From positions 241 through 64,240 of the forward strand of contig JACROR010000009.1 in assembly GCA_016214345.1 (NCBI GenBank): 64,000 nt of DNA, given 5' to 3'. Below, piece after piece: positions 56,977 to 64,000 of the stretch. Within the stretch, counting starts at the first letter, position 1; each line of letters begins with the position of its first letter. The notes beneath the pieces are model-generated. The model did no database searches. It saw only the letters and a list, made by a program, of their open reading frames with translations, and was not told the DNA's origin. This stretch comes from Candidatus Niyogibacteria bacterium. GTDB taxonomy: Bacteria > Patescibacteriota > Minisyncoccia > JACROR01. Position numbers and translations under genes: made by a program.

Positions 56977-57678
56977 TTATAAACGAACCCACCAGCTTAC
57001 CAGCATATTATTATTGACCTGGTAATATTTGCCGGATTCATTACGCACATTAACATACTGCTTATACGGAACACGCGTGACGTGGCGGAAAAAACCGTAG
57101 CCGGCATAAGAATATATAACTAATTTATATTCTCCTTCCGGCAATTTAATGAACAAGTCGTTCACCCGATAATAATGGTTGCCGACAAGCCGTCCACCAC
57201 CGGTATCAAAAACGATCTCTAACACCCCGCCTGAATCGCGACGCGTCCGCAGCGTAACGCCCTGTAAAGAGGGCGTCCCAAAGTGAATGGCTTCCAAGGC
57301 CTCTACTCTATAAAACGGAGAAGCAAGCTTGGTCTTTTTTCCCCCTACTTCAATGTAACCTTGGGTTTTTACCTCGGCTATACCGAGATAGGGAAGCCAC
57401 TTGCCCTGCCGGCGGACATAAATAAACACATCCTTCTCTTCGCCGTCGCTTTCATTGCTGATTACGCCCAATAGTTCTTTGGAATTGCGCTCAAGCTCAA
57501 TTCCAAGAGAAGTAAATCCTCCGGGCGTAGCGTGAAGCTCGTTTCTGGAAAAAGCATCAGCCATTACTGCGGGCTCGCCCGACGATGAGACATCAAAACG
57601 CGCCATAACGCTTTTGCCCAAAGCGCAACCGGCAAGCAAAAACCAAACCATCGCAAGATACCACATCTTTTTCATCAC
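56977..57678 (-). CDS. Putative lipoprotein of unknown function
   Basis: MKK...LLAGC lipobox. Confidence 0.75.
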   Translation of the reverse strand: MMKKMWYLAMVWFLLAGCALGKSVMARFDVSSSGEPAVMADAFSRNELHATPGGFTSLGIELERNSKELLGVISNESDGEEKDVFIYVRRQGKWLPYLGIAEVKTQGYIEVGGKKTKLASPFYRVEALEAIHFGTPSLQGVTLRTRRDSGGVLEIVFDTGGGRLVGNHYYRVNDLFIKLPEGEYKLVIYSYAGYGFFRHVTRVPYKQYVNVRNESGKYYQVNNNMLVSWWVRL

Positions 57679-57742
57679 TTACTCCTGAAAGATAGTTTTT
57701 TGTTTTTAAAGTTCTTTTAGTTTCTATAATTATACACAATTT

Positions 57743-59302
57743 TTAAAATAAGTCAAGCAAAACATTATAAAAAGACTTTTTAGTAATTACTCCAACTTCC
57801 CCGTAAATAATCGCGTCTTGTCCGCGAACCGACGACTTCAATAAACGGCCGTGATTATCAAGCATATAAGAGGGGGCGAAATTGCTCGCTTGTAAATAAT
57901 AACGGTTATTCTCCACAGCCCGCACCTTGGCCATGGCAAGTATCTGTCTAAAATGAAGGGGCGATCCGTGAAAAACCGCATAAGACGAAACGCTGACTAA
58001 AACTTCCGCGCCCTTACTGGTAAGCTCGCGGTAAAGCAGAGGGGAAATGGTCTCGGAACAAAATAACGCGCCCACCTTAATTCCGCGGAATTCTCCCAGC
58101 GATGATATTCCGCTCCCTCCGCTAAACCCGCGATTGCGCGTAAAATCTTGCGCCCATTTAGAATATCCGACCGCCCGCGCCGCAATTTCGGTCAACCAAG
58201 GAAGATACTCTCCATGCGGCATCAAAAATAATTTATCATAATAATTATTAACGGCTTCGTTCGGCTTTTCAGTATTTAAATAAACCATCCTGGAATAAAC
58301 ACCTTCTTGGTTTGTACTTTTAGCGGGCAACGAATCAATCACCAACTTCTCGTCCTCGCCTAAAAACATTTTCAAAAATAAAAGACTGGGCGATCCGAGA
58401 GCTCCGATAAAGCCGGAGTGTTCGGGGAACACCAACAGATCGGTATTTTGTAAGCCATTCCGTTCCTTGTCTAAAAGTCCGTAAAGTTGCTCCAATTTCG
58501 CGCCGCGTCCCTCAAAAGACACGCCAAAGGTCGCCGGAACATTAGTAGTTACCAAAGCCGCGACCATGCGTTCCCGCGGACTAGCTGACTTTACCGATAA
58601 ATAATTAAGACCGCTTAAGATCGCCGCGATAAATAAGATCGCAAACACAAAAATAATCTTATTTTTCAGCAAAGAAAAAAAACCGTTCCGCCCTAAACGC
58701 CAAACTCCGTAAATCAAAATATTGCTCAAAATCACGACAAAACTTAAAAAATATATTCCTCCGAATCCTGCCAGCTGAAGCAATGCGGTGTTGGCCGTCA
58801 AAATGTATCCCAAAAACCCCATTGACCAATGCGCGCCGTATAACGCGCCGGGACCGGCCCAAAAAATAGAGAAAGCGAAAGATCGCGCGTATTCAAAAAT
58901 CACCCACAAAAAAGGCGCGATAAATAAATCCGCCACGGTATTCCGCTTATATTTCCAAAAAACAGCCGCCCACAAGGCTATAAATACCGCGAACACCGCG
59001 GAAGATAACGACCAAATAAAAAAAATCAGGGCGATGGCCGCGGACGCCGAATTAATACCCACCCAATTGAGCGGATACGCGTTCCAAAACCAGCTGATCA
59101 CTCCGCCCATAAAAATCAAGCCAAAAACCAAGCCCCCAATAAAGACTTTTTTGGCATTTTCCGCTTGGTATATCCATCCTATAAACGGAGCAATGGCTAA
59201 AAACCCCAACCACCAAAAAACCGGATAATTAAAGCTAACCAGCAATGCTAAAGCCGAAAAAACCGGCACTATGGCAATTTTCTTCACCCATTGAAATCTC
59301 AT
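57743..59302 (-). CDS. lnt: Apolipoprotein N-acyltransferase
   Basis: Multi-TM N-terminus; nitrilase triad VFPE, YDK..L.P.GEY, LFCSE; RAVENNR. Confidence 0.88.
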   Translation of the reverse strand: MRFQWVKKIAIVPVFSALALLVSFNYPVFWWLGFLAIAPFIGWIYQAENAKKVFIGGLVFGLIFMGGVISWFWNAYPLNWVGINSASAAIALIFFIWSLSSAVFAVFIALWAAVFWKYKRNTVADLFIAPFLWVIFEYARSFAFSIFWAGPGALYGAHWSMGFLGYILTANTALLQLAGFGGIYFLSFVVILSNILIYGVWRLGRNGFFSLLKNKIIFVFAILFIAAILSGLNYLSVKSASPRERMVAALVTTNVPATFGVSFEGRGAKLEQLYGLLDKERNGLQNTDLLVFPEHSGFIGALGSPSLLFLKMFLGEDEKLVIDSLPAKSTNQEGVYSRMVYLNTEKPNEAVNNYYDKLFLMPHGEYLPWLTEIAARAVGYSKWAQDFTRNRGFSGGSGISSLGEFRGIKVGALFCSETISPLLYRELTSKGAEVLVSVSSYAVFHGSPLHFRQILAMAKVRAVENNRYYLQASNFAPSYMLDNHGRLLKSSVRGQDAIIYGEVGVITKKSFYNVLLDLF

Positions 59303-59402
59303 AGGAAATATTTAATCAAATTATACGCTTATGGCGCGTTTTTATCCACATTTTCCGACAAAATCGCTATTATAATATTGAAAAACTGATATAATAAATA
59401 TA

Positions 59403-60338
59403 ATGTATGGGCGCAATCCAAAGATTATATTAAGCGCGCTTTTGGCATTACTCGCCATGGTCTTATTTTTTTGGCTGTCAGGCGAAAAATTCTTGCAAAC
59501 AAATAAAGCTAAAAACGCGGGGCTTACCGCGGAAAGCCTCGCGATAGCGGACGCCAACGGCGACCCCGACCATGACGGACTAAAAAATTGGGAAGAGACT
59601 CTCTGGAAAACCGACCCCAATAATCCGGACACCGATGGAGACAAAACTCCTGACGGACAAGAAATAAAAGAAAATCGTAATCCACTTAAGGCGGGTCCTG
59701 ACGACAAACTAACGCCTCCGGAGACCAGCAACATAAATAATAATCAATTACTTGATACGAACGGAGCGTATTCTGTAAATTTAACTCAACAACTTAGCAA
59801 AAATTTTAATTCAGGCGCCCTGCAAGATCTGCGAAGCGGCAAATCGGGATTATCTTTGGGCAACTTGGACGCCAGCACCCAAACCGCCTTGCAAAATTTT
59901 AAAACCACCCTTACACCCAGCATTCCCCTGAATGAGCTGCTCGTTTCCCAGGATAACAGCGCCCAAGCCATACAAAAATATATTTTTGAAATAAACAAAC
60001 TGATGACCACGACAATACCCCCATCCATGTCAGAACAAAATGCTTTATTATCCATCACACAAAGCTATAACGATGCTCTGGCCGTGGAATACGCCAATTA
60101 TTACGCGCGAATAGCCGACAATTTGAAACAAATAAGCGTGCCGTCGGATTTTGCCGCGACGCACCAAAGAGGCGCGGAAATATTTTTAGGATTAAGCAAA
60201 ACTTATGAAGGATTGCGAAGCATGAAAAACGATCCGTTAAAAGCGCTGGTGGCCTTTCAGGAAAACATGACGCTACGCGATGAATTGGTCATATTATTAC
60301 AAAACTTCGCCGAACAAACTAAAAAATATGTTCAATGA
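59403..60338 (+). CDS. Membrane-anchored protein with thrombospondin-type-3-like Ca-binding repeats
   Basis: DPDHDGLKNWEE...TDPNNPDTDGDKTPDGQE. Confidence 0.8.
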   Translation: MYGRNPKIILSALLALLAMVLFFWLSGEKFLQTNKAKNAGLTAESLAIADANGDPDHDGLKNWEETLWKTDPNNPDTDGDKTPDGQEIKENRNPLKAGPDDKLTPPETSNINNNQLLDTNGAYSVNLTQQLSKNFNSGALQDLRSGKSGLSLGNLDASTQTALQNFKTTLTPSIPLNELLVSQDNSAQAIQKYIFEINKLMTTTIPPSMSEQNALLSITQSYNDALAVEYANYYARIADNLKQISVPSDFAATHQRGAEIFLGLSKTYEGLRSMKNDPLKALVAFQENMTLRDELVILLQNFAEQTKKYVQ

Positions 60339-62977
60339 TAACGCAACCGCGCAATAAAAAAAGTCTACGTGCGCTTAAAGCCGTTTCCGCGGCCGCGTTG
60401 GTATTTATTTTATTATCAACGGCAACTCCGCCAATGGCACTTGCCGGATCCGTTGGCGGAACTGGTGGTGCTACAGAAGTCTCCCAACTCGGACAATGGG
60501 CAAGCGACATTGCCTCCTGGGCCAAAGAATTTGCTAATAACCTGGCAAATATCGCCACAGCAAAATTACGCAAACAATTATTGGACACCATAGTCAACCA
60601 AATAATCATAAGCATACAAGGCAAAGGAAACCCGAAATTCGTAAATGATCTTGGCGGCATGTTAGAAGATGTGGTAAAAAATGCCGGAGCGCTCACTCTG
60701 CAAGAACTAACCGGCAAAGACTTCATGGAGGGACTCTGCCAGCCAAATTGGGCAATCAACATAAAAGCGGCGCTCACTCCAGCTCCCACCTTCGGAGAAA
60801 AAGCCCTGTGCAGTTTAGACCAAATTGGGGCAAATTATAATGACTTTATGGGCAAGTTCACCAATGGAGGGTGGTCAAATTGGATTAAAATATCAGAATC
60901 AAACAATAATCCTTACGTGATTTATATGACCGCGTTGAACGAAAAACTCACGCGCCAAGCGACAAAACAGGGCAGAGCTGAAGAAGAAGCGGCTATGGGT
61001 TTGGGATTTTTAGGCGACAAAGTTTGCGAGACCGAAACTCATTACGCAAGCGCCCAAGATGCCAAAGACGACTTCCTAACCGTAGAGAGCGGACTTACCG
61101 ATTCAGAGACAGAATTTGCCGACAAAGTTAAAAAGACTACGCTTGCCCAAGAACCTTATCACGATTACAAGTGCGTAAGCTGGATAACCAGGACTCCCGG
61201 GAAGATACTTGCCGATGCCACCAGCAAAAGTTTATTTAAGGACATGGACTGGCTAACCAACAATGCGGATTGGGAAAGTTATATGGTGGCCATAGGAGAC
61301 GCCCTGATAAACCGCCTCACCACAGAAGGCGTAGCAGCAATTAAAAAACTGGATATTAAAGCGGGCGGCACATTAGATGTTTCGGGAATAATAGACTTAA
61401 TTCCTCCGGCCACAGCCGCCACCATTATTGATCCATGGAGAATAAAACTTTCGCCCAACGAACCGAGTAAAACCGCGTACACCTTAGACGGAACAGAGCC
61501 AACTTTTTATGCAAAAACCGCAATGTTATACCAAAATATACCAATTGCGGTAATATCTTCCACCCACCCCGGAAGCACGCCCAAATCGCTTCGCTGGAGA
61601 AGTACGGATGAGGGCAGTAATACTGAAGATACGCGGATGCTTCCATTAGCCATTCGCACACCGTTTAATTTAAGCGAAATAAGCTCCTATTTAGCAACAC
61701 AAGACGCTTCTGTCCCGACCAATATCCAAAACGAGCTCAAAAGTTTCATAAACCAAGAATCTCAAAAAATGCTTAAGCTTGCCGATGATACCTCCATACC
61801 TAAAAATCTTATAGATGCTCTAAAAAGCTACATAGCCATAGAAGATTTTAGGATCAGCGTAGGCAAAACAACGGTAATCCCTTCATCCAAGCTAAGCGCA
61901 CTTAAAGCAATGGTGGCAAACCCAGCCTTGTATACCATTTCTGATTTTATAAATAATACGCAAAGCATAGCGGTCCTCGCGGATATGTTTACGGAAGCTA
62001 CAAACCTAAAACAAGCAAGAATCGACTTAAAAACTGTCGTGAATTATACATTAACAGCTGTCGGAACCGGATTTAACAACATAACTTTAATCCAGCTTGC
62101 TGACGCGCTCCGCTTGAGTCCGGAATTCGCATCTCTCCTGACAGAGACCGAAAGAATAATCGCAGAAAGATCGCTCGTAAAACTGGTTCCGTGGGATACT
62201 ACAAAAATTTATACCGTCATTGCCGCGGTGGACAGTCACAGTTTTGTTCTGCTTCCCAGTAGGCCGTCTGTCATAGCCTATAAGGTTGATGGCCTCACAG
62301 GTTGGGAATATTACACCGGAAAAATCACACTGCCTAACGATAAAGAATACAGCGTTTATTGGAATGCTTACGACTACATAGGCGGGCCAGAACACGCAGG
62401 AGGCAGTATAAAATTCAAACCGCCATTTCCCAACTCGGAACTTCCTTATTCGGCAGATTTAATAGCGCCCATCGCGGAAATTAAAAATGGTGACAACCTT
62501 GCTCTTACTAAAGACGCGTCGGGCTTTATTACCTTAGATCCATCACCTTCCGTGGATTTTGACATAACGCCCAATATCGTTGGGTATGAGTGGAGCTTCT
62601 CGGGCAAAACATCTTTTTGGGCAACATCTACTCCCTTTTATGATTGGGAGAGCTTTGACTTAAATCGGGACGGTACATTTGAAAAATACGGTTGCTCGTT
62701 AACCGCGAAAGCTGACAGCGCGACCAACCCCGATCCTATTTGCGCGCCAACTACAGGACTTAGCCTATCTAGCCCTGCCACAGTATTTAGCCCTGCCACA
62801 GGATATAGCCCTGCCACAGGATTTAGCGCCATGAGCATCGTAGACGCCAATAATGGCATAATCAAAGTAAAACTTTCTCCCGCCACCACCTCCTCGGAAA
62901 TACGCACCATAACACTTCGCGTTACCGACGATGAAGGTTTGACGACCGAAAAAAGCGTAACCGTAACCCTGCCATAA
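60335..62977 (+). CDS. Large secreted protein with a helical N-terminus and Ig/PKD-like C-terminal modules
   Basis: Signal peptide; two AYTLDG/AYKVDG modules; LDPSPSVD...YEWSF...ITLRVTDDEG PKD-like motif. Confidence 0.8.
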   Translation: MITQPRNKKSLRALKAVSAAALVFILLSTATPPMALAGSVGGTGGATEVSQLGQWASDIASWAKEFANNLANIATAKLRKQLLDTIVNQIIISIQGKGNPKFVNDLGGMLEDVVKNAGALTLQELTGKDFMEGLCQPNWAINIKAALTPAPTFGEKALCSLDQIGANYNDFMGKFTNGGWSNWIKISESNNNPYVIYMTALNEKLTRQATKQGRAEEEAAMGLGFLGDKVCETETHYASAQDAKDDFLTVESGLTDSETEFADKVKKTTLAQEPYHDYKCVSWITRTPGKILADATSKSLFKDMDWLTNNADWESYMVAIGDALINRLTTEGVAAIKKLDIKAGGTLDVSGIIDLIPPATAATIIDPWRIKLSPNEPSKTAYTLDGTEPTFYAKTAMLYQNIPIAVISSTHPGSTPKSLRWRSTDEGSNTEDTRMLPLAIRTPFNLSEISSYLATQDASVPTNIQNELKSFINQESQKMLKLADDTSIPKNLIDALKSYIAIEDFRISVGKTTVIPSSKLSALKAMVANPALYTISDFINNTQSIAVLADMFTEATNLKQARIDLKTVVNYTLTAVGTGFNNITLIQLADALRLSPEFASLLTETERIIAERSLVKLVPWDTTKIYTVIAAVDSHSFVLLPSRPSVIAYKVDGLTGWEYYTGKITLPNDKEYSVYWNAYDYIGGPEHAGGSIKFKPPFPNSELPYSADLIAPIAEIKNGDNLALTKDASGFITLDPSPSVDFDITPNIVGYEWSFSGKTSFWATSTPFYDWESFDLNRDGTFEKYGCSLTAKADSATNPDPICAPTTGLSLSSPATVFSPATGYSPATGFSAMSIVDANNGIIKVKLSPATTSSEIRTITLRVTDDEGLTTEKSVTVTLP
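62770..62823 (+). repeat. 18-bp in-frame tandem repeat x3
   Basis: Encodes SPATVF SPATGY SPATGF. Confidence 0.85.
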
Positions 62978-62983
62978 ATTAAA

Positions 62984-64000
62984 ATGAAAAAATTTTTGCC
63001 CCATATTCTAATAATTCTTTTCTGCCTCACGGTATTTTTTGCCGGAGTAAAATCAGCATACGCCGCAAGTCTGTTTGATGTGCTTAGCGATACGAAAATG
63101 GCGGTAGCGCAACTCGCGGGTTACGCGGTCTGGATATTGTTTTATCTTCCGGCGGCGGCGGTTTTATGGCTCGCGGGACAGATATTTAATTTTTCACTCT
63201 TCCTTTCTCTAAATAGCGGCGATTTGGGCAAAGAAATTATAACTATGGGCTGGGGGATATCGCGCGATGTCGCTAATTTATTCTTTATATTTATTCTTCT
63301 CTACATTTCCATAGCCACCATTTTGCGACTTTCCGGATATGGCGCGAAAGAACTGCTGGCAAGACTGGTAATAGTCGCGTTGTTGGTTAATTTCAGCCTG
63401 GTTTTCAGCCAGGCCGTAATTGACGCGTCAAATATTTTGGCTTTGGAATTTTATAACAAGATAAAGGTGGACAAGACGACAACCATTAAAATAGAAGGTT
63501 CGCAGGGATCGCCCCAAGATCTCTCCGCGGTTTTTATGAGCGGCTTCTCTCCGCAAAAACTTTTCTCGTCCCAAGAATTTGAAAAAGCTCTAAAAAACAC
63601 CGGGCCAATAGATATATTAATAAATACCGTAATAAAATTTATATTAGCCGCGACTATATCCCTTATGGCGGCATTCATTCTTTTGGCGGCGGCAGGTTTG
63701 TTTGTCATACGCACCGTAATTTTGTGGCTCCTTATGATATTGTCTCCCATTGCCTTCATAAGCATGATCTTGCCCGCCACCCGAAGCATGGCCAGCCGCT
63801 GGTGGAGCTCACTCTTTAAACAAGCATTTTTTGCTCCGGCGTTTTTATTTTTCTACTACCTGGTGGCGCAAATGATCGCTTCCAACTTTTTTGAAAAAAT
63901 GACTGTCACTTCTGGCTCGGATGTAACGGGACTCACGGCCACACTGCAAGCATCGCTTGGCACCTTTATGCAATTTTCCGTTTTGGGCATCTTGCTTGTC
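62984..64000 (+). CDS. VirB6/TrbL-like polytopic membrane protein (partial, runs off the window)
   Basis: ATG 62984; GWGISRDVANLFFIFILLYISIATIL...LLVNFSL...IDASN, a pattern I associate with CPR VirB6-like proteins. Confidence 0.7.
   Translation, partial: MKKFLPHILIILFCLTVFFAGVKSAYAASLFDVLSDTKMAVAQLAGYAVWILFYLPAAAVLWLAGQIFNFSLFLSLNSGDLGKEIITMGWGISRDVANLFFIFILLYISIATILRLSGYGAKELLARLVIVALLVNFSLVFSQAVIDASNILALEFYNKIKVDKTTTIKIEGSQGSPQDLSAVFMSGFSPQKLFSSQEFEKALKNTGPIDILINTVIKFILAATISLMAAFILLAAAGLFVIRTVILWLLMILSPIAFISMILPATRSMASRWWSSLFKQAFFAPAFLFFYYLVAQMIASNFFEKMTVTSGSDVTGLTATLQASLGTFMQFSVLGILLV

Noticed and set aside
53826-59350. oriC from DnaA boxes at 53826 and 59342
   Set aside because: Isolated single boxes 5.5 kb apart, with no cluster and no dnaA/dnaN in the window

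Overview
A chromosomal window from a small-genome bacterium, most likely Patescibacteria/CPR (Parcubacteria-like). That placement is inferred from gene content and architecture. It uses code 11, since conserved genes such as nusA and comM end on TGA. Housekeeping genes include rplS, tsaD, valS, nusA, hppA, tig, clpP, gpmI, rny, ymdB, hup, cca, rpsO, pnp, comM, pcrA, rsmA and lnt. The window also has a type IV pilus cluster with a two-component pair, a RAYT/IS200-family HUH transposase with its own palindromic repeats, a tyrosine recombinase, parS-like sites, the start of a CPR-type VirB6-like locus, and 14 apparently intact tRNA genes. The most unusual signal is non-coding and centres on tRNAs. 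(1) A ~120-130 nt structured element follows tRNA-Leu(GAG) (two tandem copies) and tRNA-Arg(TCG). It duplicates the tRNA 3' end and carries an 11-nt box that is the exact antisense of its own host tRNA's T-loop and T-stem, and the box differs between the two hosts. (2) An intact tRNA-Arg(TCT), framed by inverted repeats, sits inside the T-loop of a decayed tRNA-Arg. (3) A broken tRNA-Val 5' half is followed by a similar element end and a full tRNA-Val. (4) A 134-bp MITE with a 9-bp TSD lies in the 5' end of tRNA-Phe. Several palindromic and heptamer repeat families are inserted in-frame in proteins. Five genes carry lesions (three frameshifts, one nonsense codon, one in-frame deletion) that could be real or assembly errors. 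All calls were made by eye; no searches were run.
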